This document shows, one piece after another, positions 33,552-43,271 of a stretch of DNA of 64,000 nt; position 1 is the first letter of the stretch; each line of letters begins with the position of its first letter. Source of the DNA: Planctomycetota bacterium (lineage in GTDB: Bacteria > Planctomycetota > JAJSAM01 > JAJVHW01). The position numbers and the translations under genes were made by a program. Location: contig CBDFJG010000003.1 in assembly GCA_965248445.1 (NCBI GenBank), forward strand, positions 785,081 to 849,080, read 5' to 3'. The notes under the pieces are model-generated. The model had not been told where the DNA came from, made no database searches, and saw only the letters and a program-made list of their open reading frames with translations.

Positions 33552-36500
33552 ATGAACCTGAACGCTCTAATTCCGGGCACGGCCGTCGTCCTGGCGCTCC
33601 TCGCAGCGACCGCACGGGCAGGCCCGGAGATCCGCTCCCACGACCTCCAGCTGACCCTGGATCCGTCCTCGGGCAGGCTCGACGGCACGGACACGGTCGC
33701 TGTCGCGAGGGATGGCGGGGGCAAACTCCGCTTCTCGCTGAACGCGGCCCTCACCATCTCGGAGGCGCTCGTCGACGGCCGCAAGGCCCTCGGGCTCGAG
33801 AAGGTCGAGGACGACGGCTGGCGGGCGGAGTGGCAGATCGACGTGCCGGCCGGTCCGGGTGCGATGGGAGCGATGCGACTGCGTTACTCCGGCCGGATCC
33901 AGGACGACGTCGAGAAGAGCGAGACGCTTGGATTCGTGGTCGGCGACAGCTGCCGCGGTGTCGTGTTCGACCAGGGGGTCTACCTCTCGGGCGGCTCGTA
34001 TTACTACCCCGACGACGGCGGCGTCGCGCGCTTCGACGTTCGTGTCAGCATCCCCGCCCCCTACCTCGCGATCTCGCAGGGCACATTGGTCGAGCGAACG
34101 TCCGTCGGGACGAGCGACGTGTCACGCTGGCGCGGCAAGGTCACCGCGGATTCACTGGCCGTCGTCGCGGGACGGCTGAAGTACTTCGAGCGCAAGGGGA
34201 AGCGCGTCACCGTCGGCGCCTATCTCTCGGACGCCAACGCCGCGGGTGCCGAGATCCTGCTGGACGCGGCGGAGCGCGAGATCGCCACGTACTCCGAGCT
34301 TCTCGGTGCTTACGCCTTCGACCGGTTCGACGTCGTGGAGAACTTCTTCTCCTCCGGCTACGGCTTCCCCGAATTCACGCTTCTGGGCCAGCACGTGGTC
34401 GCGCGCATGGTCATGGAGTCGCAACGGTCCGGGCGCATCCCCCCGGGCTACCTAGACCACGAGATCGTGCACTGCTGGTGGGGCAACCTCGTGTACCCCG
34501 ACTACGACGCGGGCAACTGGTGCGAGGGGCTGACGAGCTACTGCTCGAACTACCTCGCAAAGGAGCGCGAGAGCCCGGCGGCGGCGCGCACGCACCGCGA
34601 ACGCAGTTCCGTGCGGTTCTCAACCCGGGTGACCGCGGACCGCGACTACCCCGTGCGTTCGTTCACGGGCAAGGTCGAGGACTTCGACAACGAGATCGGC
34701 TACACGAAGTGCTCGATGACCTTCCACATGCTGCGTCGCGAGATCGGCGACAAGGCGTTCTGGAGCACCCTACGACGGGTAACGAAGGACCACGCAGGCA
34801 AGCGCGTCTCGTGGGCGGTCTGGCAAGCGGAGTTCGAGAAGACCAGCGGCCGCAACCTGGGCGAGTTCTTCGCACAGTGGCTGGACCGCACCGGGGCGCC
34901 GCTGCTGGGCCTCGGTGATACGCGCGTCGAGTCGAAGGACGGACGAACGCGCGTGATCGGGACTATCCAGCAACACCTCGCGCCGGACGAGAAGCCATGG
35001 AAGCTCACCGTCCCCCTCGTCGTGGAACTGCTCGACGGTCAGGAGGAGTTCGAGGTCGTCCTGAACGGCGCGTCGGCGGACTTCTCCGTGCTCGTGCCGT
35101 CGCTCCCGCTAGCCGTGCACGTGGACCCGGAGCACCACGTATTCCGACGTCTGGCGCCCGCCGAGATCCCGGCCTGCCTCTCCGCCACGTTGGAGCGTCC
35201 GCACACGATGGTCGTGTATCCCGACGACGACTCCGCGCTGCGCGCGGTAGCCGAGCGCGCGCGGTCCAAGGGCGCAACCGTCATTTCCGCGTCGGAGGCG
35301 CCGAAGACGGTCCCGAAGGGAGTCAGCCTCCTGATCCTCGGAGACACCGAGCGCGTGCCCCTGCTGGCGGCGTTGCGGGCGCCGCTGAAGTCTCACTTCC
35401 CCGGGCGCGGTGACGGCGAAGACGTGACCATCCTCGCGACGTCGCGCAGCCCCGCTGACCGCAACGAGTTCGTGACGACGTTCGTCGGGACACCCGAGGC
35501 ACTCGCCGGACGCGCGCGCGCGATCTTCTACTACCAGTTCGACGGACGCATCGTGTTCGCCGGACGCCGGCCCCGTGAGCGCGAGACGGTACCCGGCGTC
35601 AGTCTCACGCGCAAGCGCGTGCTCCCCGACGTGCGCGCCGATCCGCTGCGGGTCGAGCGCCACTTGAAGGCGCTTACAGCGAAGGACATCGAGGGGCGCC
35701 TCGCGGGCACCGCCGCTGAGAAGGCGGCGCGGCGGATCGTGGCGACGGCCTTGCGCGAAGCGGGACTCGCAGTGTCGGAACAGAAGTTCTCGTTCAAGGT
35801 GCGTCGCACACACGCAGAGAGTGAACTCCTGGTCGGCGGCGAACGGGTCGCCGACGCACACCCGCTCGTTGCGTCTCCAACGACCGAGCCGGACGGCGTG
35901 ACGGCAGCCGGGTTCGCCAGTGATCCGTCCGACGACCTGACCGGGCTCGCCCTCGTGGTAGACGTCCCGGCGCAGAGCGATGACCCGCTCGGGTTCGTGC
36001 GCGGTGTCGCCGAACTCGCCAAGGCCGGAGGGGCCGTGGCGGTGTTGGTGCGTGTGCCCGAAGAGGGCGCCGCGCGGGTGGCCGAGCTGTACGAGACGCC
36101 GGAGGCACTGCACCCGGCCGTGCGCGCGCGGTTGGACGCGACGAAAGCGCGCGGCGGATCCGGGGACCACCTCATGCGCGCGGCCGGTACGGCGGCCCGA
36201 AACGGGTACCGGGTCGACCTGCCGCTCCCCGCGTTCGCCGTGCCGGCCGATACCGCGCTGGACGGGACGCTGACCCTCATCGTCAAGTGGAACGAAGTCG
36301 TCATCGAGAGCGCGAACGTCGTCGGGCGCTTGCAGGGCGGCGGAGGCCGCGGCCGGGCGATCCTCCTTGGCGCGCACGTCGATCACCTCGGTACCGGCTT
36401 CCCCGGTGCGGACGACGATGCGTCCGGACTGGCCGCGCTCATCGAGGCAGCGAACGTCCTCGCCGCACATCAGGACCGGCTGTCGCGGGACGTGCTGTTC

Positions 36501-36929
36501 GTCGCGTTCGGGGCCGAGGAGTGGGGCCTGCGCGGCAGTCGTCACTACATGAACAGCTTGAACGCCGACTATCCGGTGGAGCCACGCGTGTCGGTCGCGC
36601 TGACGGCGGACACGATCGGGCACGCGGCGGTCACCGACGTCTCGATCGTCGGCATCTCCAAGCACCCGCGACTCGCGCGCGTCGTCGCCGCCGCACTCGA
36701 GCAGTCGTCGTTCACGGTCGGCAAGGACATCGACCGCTTCGCGTTCGCGCACGGCAGCGACCACTACTCATTCCACGAACAAGGTGTGCCGGCGGTCGAT
36801 CTCTGGTCGGGCGACTACCAGGTCATGCACACGAAACGGGACACGCTCGACATCGTGGACCCGAAGAAGATCGCCCGCATCGGCCGGGCCATGGCGCTGG
36901 CCGCGCTCGCGCTGTCGAACTCGTACTGA
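33552..36929 (+). CDS. Secreted bifunctional-looking peptidase: N-terminal M1-like gluzincin domain fused to a C-terminal M28 (aminopeptidase/PA-less) zinc peptidase domain
   Basis: The N-terminus is a signal peptide (MNLNALIPGTAVVLALLAATARA). The M1-like motifs are HEIVHCWWGN...EGLTSY. The C-terminal ~300 aa carries the M28 metal ligands (GAHVDHLG, DDDASG, EEWGLRGS, HGSDHYSF). Start is at the internal ATG; the 34-codon extension was rejected. Confidence 0.8.
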   Translation: MNLNALIPGTAVVLALLAATARAGPEIRSHDLQLTLDPSSGRLDGTDTVAVARDGGGKLRFSLNAALTISEALVDGRKALGLEKVEDDGWRAEWQIDVPAGPGAMGAMRLRYSGRIQDDVEKSETLGFVVGDSCRGVVFDQGVYLSGGSYYYPDDGGVARFDVRVSIPAPYLAISQGTLVERTSVGTSDVSRWRGKVTADSLAVVAGRLKYFERKGKRVTVGAYLSDANAAGAEILLDAAEREIATYSELLGAYAFDRFDVVENFFSSGYGFPEFTLLGQHVVARMVMESQRSGRIPPGYLDHEIVHCWWGNLVYPDYDAGNWCEGLTSYCSNYLAKERESPAAARTHRERSSVRFSTRVTADRDYPVRSFTGKVEDFDNEIGYTKCSMTFHMLRREIGDKAFWSTLRRVTKDHAGKRVSWAVWQAEFEKTSGRNLGEFFAQWLDRTGAPLLGLGDTRVESKDGRTRVIGTIQQHLAPDEKPWKLTVPLVVELLDGQEEFEVVLNGASADFSVLVPSLPLAVHVDPEHHVFRRLAPAEIPACLSATLERPHTMVVYPDDDSALRAVAERARSKGATVISASEAPKTVPKGVSLLILGDTERVPLLAALRAPLKSHFPGRGDGEDVTILATSRSPADRNEFVTTFVGTPEALAGRARAIFYYQFDGRIVFAGRRPRERETVPGVSLTRKRVLPDVRADPLRVERHLKALTAKDIEGRLAGTAAEKAARRIVATALREAGLAVSEQKFSFKVRRTHAESELLVGGERVADAHPLVASPTTEPDGVTAAGFASDPSDDLTGLALVVDVPAQSDDPLGFVRGVAELAKAGGAVAVLVRVPEEGAARVAELYETPEALHPAVRARLDATKARGGSGDHLMRAAGTAARNGYRVDLPLPAFAVPADTALDGTLTLIVKWNEVVIESANVVGRLQGGGGRGRAILLGAHVDHLGTGFPGADDDASGLAALIEAANVLAAHQDRLSRDVLFVAFGAEEWGLRGSRHYMNSLNADYPVEPRVSVALTADTIGHAAVTDVSIVGISKHPRLARVVAAALEQSSFTVGKDIDRFAFAHGSDHYSFHEQGVPAVDLWSGDYQVMHTKRDTLDIVDPKKIARIGRAMALAALALSNSY

Positions 36930-36943
36930 CTGGCGTCGGGCAC

Positions 36944-36965
36944 GCGGATCGCAAACGCGATCCGC
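36944..36965. terminator. Hairpin GCGGATCGC-aaac-GCGATCCGC between convergent genes
   Basis: A 9-bp perfect stem 15 nt after the stop of the M1-M28 gene. It sits in the 227-bp convergent intergenic region. Confidence 0.35.
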
Positions 36966-37156
36966 GCGCCGTCCTGGTCAGTTTGTATCCCTCCTACGCG
37001 ACCTCCGGTCGCTACGGACGGCTGCGGTCACGCCGGTTGGTCCGGGGGGGCCACCGAAGCGACGAGTCGACATGCGTCGATGCGCCGACGGCGCCGCACG
37101 GGGTCGTTCTGCGCGGTCCCCGCCGGCACCAGGGTCCGAGGCGTCCGCGTCGCGCG

Positions 37157-38113
37157 TCAGTCGTCGGCGTCGTTGCCGCCGGTCATCAGGTCGAGCTGCT
37201 GTTGCAGGGTCTCGGCGTCGGGGTGGTGCGCGATGCCGTCCTGGAGGACCGCCTTCGCCTTCTCCACGTTGCCCTTCGCTCGGTACAGCTCGGCGAGTTC
37301 GAGGTACGTGCCCGCGTGCTTCGCGTCCGGCGTGACGCTCTGCTGCATCTCGCGCAGCTTCTCGTAGCGCTCGATCGCCTCCTGGCCCTTCTTGGGGAAC
37401 ATCGGGGGCCACTGGCTCAGCGAGAACGCGAGCGAGCGCTGCGCGTCCCAGTTCGTGGGATGTCGTTCGATGATGTCGCGGTAGACCTGCTCACCCTTCG
37501 CCGCCCAGGCCCCGCGCTCCGGGCCGAACGGGACACTCAGCAGCTTGGCGGTGTAGGCCTCGGCCAGCCGGAACGCAGACTCCGGGTCGTCGGGGTTCTC
37601 CTCGGCGGCCTTCTCGAACTCCGGGATGAGGTCATCGACCACTTCCGTCTCGCGGGCGAGCCGCCAGAACTCCACCCGATCGTCGTCGTCGCCCTCGCCG
37701 CTCACGATCTTGTCGCGCAGCGCATCGAACTTCGCGCGCAGCTCTTCCTTCGTCGGCGCGCCGATGTTCACGCCTCGGCCACCGCCATCGCCCCTGCGGA
37801 CGCCCCGGCCCTCGAGAGCCGCCTTCTCGGCCGCTTCCACGCGCTCGATCAGCTCGCGCACCTTGTCGCGTAGCTGCCGCTCCTCTTCGCGCACGCGACC
37901 GATCTGCTTGTTGGCGTGCTGCACACCGTCCTGCAGACCGCGCACCTGCTCGCCCAAGGAGCCGATGCTCTCGTTGTCCAGGCCGGCCGTGTCCTCGAGG
38001 CCGTTGAGCGCATCGGTCGCGTCGGAGCGCGCCCACATGGAGAAGACGAGCGCGGCCCCCCCGAGCAGCAAGCCCGCGAGTCCGAACACGACCCCGACAG
38101 TGCCTTCCTTCAT
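37157..38113 (-). CDS. Hypothetical membrane-anchored coiled-coil protein with C-terminal TPR-like helical domain
   Basis: Start at MKEGTVGVVFGLAGLLLGGAALVF (TM helix). A coiled-coil segment follows (LQDGVQHANKQIGRVREEERQLRDKVRELIERVEAAEKAA), then a helical-repeat C-terminus. The ATG overlaps the apbC stop (ATGA). The 170-codon 5' extension was rejected. Confidence 0.5.
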   Translation of the reverse strand: MKEGTVGVVFGLAGLLLGGAALVFSMWARSDATDALNGLEDTAGLDNESIGSLGEQVRGLQDGVQHANKQIGRVREEERQLRDKVRELIERVEAAEKAALEGRGVRRGDGGGRGVNIGAPTKEELRAKFDALRDKIVSGEGDDDDRVEFWRLARETEVVDDLIPEFEKAAEENPDDPESAFRLAEAYTAKLLSVPFGPERGAWAAKGEQVYRDIIERHPTNWDAQRSLAFSLSQWPPMFPKKGQEAIERYEKLREMQQSVTPDAKHAGTYLELAELYRAKGNVEKAKAVLQDGIAHHPDAETLQQQLDLMTGGNDADD

Positions 38114-39171
38114 ACCTCCACCTTTCCGAGGCGCCCGACCTGGCTGACCTTGCCCGCTAGGAGACGCGCCGTCTTGCAGAACGCCTCGGCCACCGCGCTG
38201 TCCGGATGACTGACGACGACCGGTGTGCCGGCGTCGCCGCCCGCTCGCACCGTCGTGTCGATGGGGATCGCCCCCAAGAAGGGCCAACCGTGTTCTTCCG
38301 CCGCGGTTCGACCGCCGCCCTCGTCGAAGATCGCCGTGGCCGTGCTGCAGCAAGGGCAGATGAACGTGCTCATGTTCTCGATCACGCCCAGGATCGGGAC
38401 GTTGACCCTGTCGAACATGTTCGCACCCTTTACCACGTCGGCCAGGGCCACTGCCTGCGGGGTCGTGACCATGACCGCGCCGGTGAGGGGGAAGATCTGC
38501 GTCAGGGACAGTTGCACGTCCCCCGTCCCGGGCGGCAGGTCCACGACCAGGTAGTCGAGCTCGCCCCAGTCCACGTCCTCGAAGAACTGTGTCAGCGCCT
38601 TGTGCAGCATCGGTCCGCGCCACACGACCGCCTGGCCCTCCGGAACGAGGTAGCCCATCGAGAGCAGCTTCAGCCCCTGCGCTTCGACGGGATGAATGCG
38701 CCCCTCCACTACCTCGGGCTTGCGTCCGACGGTTCCGGTCATCATCGGGCCGCTCGGTCCGTAGATATCCACGTCCATCAGCCCGACCGAGGCACCGTCC
38801 TGCGCCAGCGCGACGGCGAGGTTCACCGCGACCGTCGACTTGCCGACGCCGCCCTTGCCGGATGCGATCGCGAGCACGTTCTTGATGCCTGGAGCCCGCG
38901 CCGCATCCGGACCGCGGGACGAAGCGACCTGCGCGCTCCAGTTGATCTCGACGGGCTCGACGATCCCGAGTGGCGCGACGGCGGCTTGCACGTCGGCCGC
39001 GATCGTCTCCTTCATCGGGCAGGCCGGAGTCGTGAGCTCGATGTCGAGGAACAGCTTGGGTCCCCCGAACTCAACTCCCTTGACCATCCCCAGAGAGACG
39101 ATGTCGCGGTGCAGTTCCGGGTCCTGCACCTGCTTCAGTGCCTCGAGGATCGATTCCTTGGTCGCGGGCAT
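38110..39171 (-). CDS. apbC: Iron-sulfur cluster carrier ATPase Mrp/ApbC/NBP35 family
   Basis: An N-terminal DUF59/MIP18-like domain, Walker A GKGGVGKST, and a CPCC-containing motif (FICPCCS). Confidence 0.9.
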   Translation of the reverse strand: MPATKESILEALKQVQDPELHRDIVSLGMVKGVEFGGPKLFLDIELTTPACPMKETIAADVQAAVAPLGIVEPVEINWSAQVASSRGPDAARAPGIKNVLAIASGKGGVGKSTVAVNLAVALAQDGASVGLMDVDIYGPSGPMMTGTVGRKPEVVEGRIHPVEAQGLKLLSMGYLVPEGQAVVWRGPMLHKALTQFFEDVDWGELDYLVVDLPPGTGDVQLSLTQIFPLTGAVMVTTPQAVALADVVKGANMFDRVNVPILGVIENMSTFICPCCSTATAIFDEGGGRTAAEEHGWPFLGAIPIDTTVRAGGDAGTPVVVSHPDSAVAEAFCKTARLLAGKVSQVGRLGKVEV

Positions 39172-39266
39172 GGCGTTACCTCCGGCGGGGAGCATACGCA
39201 GCCGCGTGGTTTTCCCTCACGAGACAGGGCGCGCCGTCACGAGACAGGACAGAAAAGTCGCAGCAG

Positions 39267-42200
39267 CTAGAGGCCGAGCGACAAGACGAACCAGTCTGCC
39301 ACGTCGCCCTCGGGCAGCCTGCCGGCAGCCTTCACCGCCTTCTTGACGGTCTTGGCGATCTTCTTCGAAGAGGCTTCGGTGCGCTGGGCGAAGCGCAGCG
39401 CCAGGAGCGCCTTGCCGAGCTTCTTCCGCGTCTTCGCATCGGACACCGCCGACGGCAGAGCCGCCAGCATCTCGGCGGTGCTGCCCGGCTCCTCCGGCAC
39501 CACGAACGGATCCGGATCCTGAGGAATGACGCCCGCCGCGAGGTCGCTGACCAAAGCGGTCATCTTCCATACCAGCGGGCCGTCGCTGATCCCCGCGTCT
39601 CGGAACGCCGCCTGCACCTTGCGCAGACGCTTGACGGCCTTGTTGCGCTTCTTCGTCTTGCCGCTCTGCACGTCCTCCCACGCCTTCAGGATCCCGCGGA
39701 TCGCCTTCTTCTCGACCTTCGGTGCGAGATCCGCGTCGCCCAGCGCGTCCGGCAGGACGTCGTCCATCGACGGCGTCACCGCGGTCAGCAGCGCCGTGCG
39801 CACGGTCGCGTCATCGTCATCGCTGACGGTCACTTCCAGCACGCCGTCGAGGCGTCGATCCGCCGGCCAACTGACGGCCGTTCCGCTACCGGATGCGACG
39901 GCCGTCGTGCCGTCCAGCACACGCCAGTCAAGCGTGAGCGCCGCCTGGTCGACAGGCGATGGGTCCGTCGCCGACACATCGAGCGAGAGGACGTGCCCGA
40001 CGTCCACCGTCAGCGCGCCCGGGAGCGTGAACTCCGGCGGTGCGTTCAGCACGCCGATGATGCGGCTGGCGAGATCGGATCCTCCGTCGCCGTCGTCAAC
40101 GGTCAGCGTGGCGAAGTACGCGCCGTCTTGTTGATACGTGTGCGTGACGTCGATCGCGTCGGAGGACATGCCGTCGCCGAAGTCCCACTCGATCGTGAGC
40201 ACGTCGTCGCCCGGATCGAACGCGGTTCCGTCGAACGAAACGGCATCACCCTCGGTCGCTGTCGCGTCCCCACCAGCGTCCACCGTCGGGGCGACGTTGG
40301 CGACGGTCACGACCAGCGTGTCGGCGGCGGTCTGCTCCGCCGCGTCGGTGACCGTCAACGTGACCGTGTACTGGCCCTCGTCTCCAAAGACGTGGGAAGG
40401 CGTGCTCCCGCCCGCGAACTGCCCGTCTCCGAAGCTCCACACGTGGGTGATCCCGGCGTCGAGATCGCTGCTGCTGGTTCCGTCGAATTGAACCGTGTCG
40501 CCCTCGTTCACGGAGCGGTCCTGCCCCGCCGCGGCGACAGGCGGGGCATCGAGGACGGTTACCTGGGTCGAGTTCGATCCGGTGTTGCCGACGTGATCCG
40601 TCACGCGAAGCGTCACGGTGTGCACGCCCACCGCGAAGTCGACCGACGGTGTGGCTCCGCTCGCGTCGTCGAACCCGCCGTCGTCGTCGGCGTCCCATGC
40701 GTACTCGGTCAGCGGCTGCCCCGACGAGTCACTGCTGCCCGAGCCGTCGAGGTCGACGGACGTGCCGTCGACCGTGGTCTGGGTCGTGACGATCGGAGCG
40801 CCGGGCACGGCGAACGGCGCCGTAGCGTCGACGTCCACGTCGATCTGCAACTCGACGGCGGCGAACGACTCGCCGAACGAACTGCTGGTCGCGTTCACCT
40901 TGAGCGTGTCCGTGCGCGTGTCGCTGACCGGGATCACGTCCCAGGACGCCGTGCGCGCTGCGCCGCCGCCGCTGGTCGGCTCGGTGTCGCCGACGGTCTG
41001 CGCCGCCGTCTCACCGGGCGCGAGAGTCCAGCCGGTGGGCAGCCCCAACACGAGCGACGGTGCGAACGCCGTCAATCCGCCGTCGTTCTCGAGCGACACG
41101 GACACGGTCACCTGTCCGCCACCCTGTGCGACGGACGGCGTGCTCGCGTCCGCGAGCTGCAGATCCGGGCCTGTGACCGCCGTCAGCGTCCCGGCCGACG
41201 CCACGGCGTAGTCGAGCGTCGTCTGACCCGAGGGGAAACTTCCGGCGCGCTTGACCTTCACGACTCCGGTCGAAAGGGCGGACGTCGCCTTCACCTGTTC
41301 AACGTTGTTCACGGTGCTCGCGCTGCTGCTGTCCTGCGTGCCGTCGCCGCCGTCGTACAGGCGCAGATCAACGTCGATGAGAGACTTGGCCGATCCCGTC
41401 AGCGAGGTCCGCGACGACGCGAATGCGGCGCTGCGGTTCCACACCACGGTCGAGCGGTCTCCCGCGGTCACTCCGGACAGCGTGAAGAAGACGTAGTCGT
41501 CACCGCTGCTCGTGAGCGTCCCGGTCTCGATGTAGTCGCGATCGGTGTAGGCCTGCGCAAGATCCATGGCACCGAAGCCCCACGTCGACCCCGGTGTCGT
41601 GGGACCGGTGACGAGTTCCGCACCGAGTTGATCAGAAGCGCCTTCACGGCCTCCGGCTGCCACGCCGCGTTGTAGTCGAGAAGCAGCGCCATCGCGCCCG
41701 CGACGTGCGGCGTCGCCATGGAGGTGCCGTTCGAGGACCGGAAGTCGTTGGCGGTCTCCCAGATCCAGCTGGCGGACTGGATGCTCACGCCGGGAGCCGA
41801 GAGATCGGGCTTCCGGCGGCCGTCTGACGTGTTGCCGCGGCTGGAGAAGCTCGCGATCGCGTCGTCGCTGCCCGACGTCGTGTTGCGGTCGTTGAACGCG
41901 CCCACCGTCACGATGTTGAACGCGTCCCCGGGCAGGCCGATGGTCCCGGAGTTCGGGCCGGAGTTGCCGGCCGCGATCGCCACGGACATGCCCGACACCT
42001 CGACGGCCGCGTCGAAGTAGACGCTGAATCCGGAGTTGCCGTTCGACGTGCCGCCACCGCCGAAGCTCCCGTTGAAGACGGTCGCACCGTTCGTGATGGC
42101 CCAGTCAGTGGCCGCCGCAATGTCGGGCCCAGTGCCCGATCCCTGGTTGCTGGTCGTCCGATAGAAGCACTTGGCGTTCAGGACACCCGTGCCCGGCGCC

Positions 42201-43141
42201 ACGCCGCCGTATGTCGAGTCCTGGCTCGCAACAGTGCCGCAGAGGTGCGTGCCGTGTCCGTGGAGGTCGTCGGTGCTGGACGCGTTGTCGTTGAAGTTGC
42301 TCTGCACCGCGGCGATGGCGAGCTGGACGGTGCTCGCGGTGACGACGTTGCCGCCACCCCCGAGCGAGAACGCCGGATGCGAGGTGTCTATCCCGGTGTC
42401 CCCGATCGCCACGCTCTGACCGGATCCGTTGTAGCCGGGAGAGGTGAAGCTGCTGGCGCCGATCGCGCCGACCGACTTGTCCATCGAGACCGTGAGAGTC
42501 GGTGATGCGTCCACGCGTCCGATCGTGGGGAACGCCGCGACGAGCGCCGGGAGATCGGCGGGACGCACGCGGGCGAAGACCGAGTTCAACACGTTGGACG
42601 AGCCGAGGACGCTTCCGGACGGCAACGACTCCACGTAACGGCGGAGCGGGTCCTGGAGCCGCTCGCAGCGCGGCGCCGCCGCCTCGAGAATCTCAGATCG
42701 CATCTCGCGCACCAGGCGCACCGTCTCGTCGCGCGAACTGCGAAGAACCGCCCGTTCCTCCGGATAGAGCAGCGCGACCTCGCGCTCCATGAGTCCGGCG
42801 ACGCCGAGTTCGATCCGGTCTTCGCGCGACGGGAGCAACGTGCGGATGCGCGCCAGGGCGGCGCGGGCGGGCGCCCGTACTTCGTCGATGCGAGCCGTGT
42901 AGTCGGCTCGCAACGCCGGTGCGGCCGCGACGGCGGGCTGCTCCGAGAAGATGATCCAGACGTCCACCGCCTCGGCCGGCGATTCCGTGATGCTCGCCAC
43001 GAGTTCGGGCGCCAGTCGCTCATCGAACGGTCCGAGTTCCTCGGCAGTGCCAATGGAAGACGCGGTGGAGGACGCGAGGCAGCACGCTGCGAGAACCGCG
43101 GCCAGGAGCGAGATCCGGATTGTGCGTCGCGTACGGCGCAT
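39267..43141 (-). pseudogene. Secreted subtilisin-like S8 peptidase with C-terminal PKD-domain repeats, interrupted by a frameshift near 41622 (two ORFs: 41468..43141 and 39267..41663)
   Basis: The upstream ORF has a signal peptide, an N-terminal propeptide-like region and the S8 catalytic triad motifs (DTGID, HGTHLCGT, GTSMATPHVAG). Its sequence ...EAVKALLINS continues in another frame as AELVTGPTTPGSTWGFGAMDLAQAY... (the rest of the S8 fold), followed by three or more PKD domains. A 2-nt (or +1) frame discontinuity separates the two parts. Confidence 0.7.
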
Positions 43142-43271
43142 GGCCGACCTCCCCCCTGGTCCTCTCTCGACGCCGCGTTCTCAGCCGCGGGGCGCCGGCG
43201 GGGCCCTGGTCAGTCAGGATACCCCGCAATCGGACGCACGGCCACCCACCCAGCCGCGGCGCTGGTTCAGG

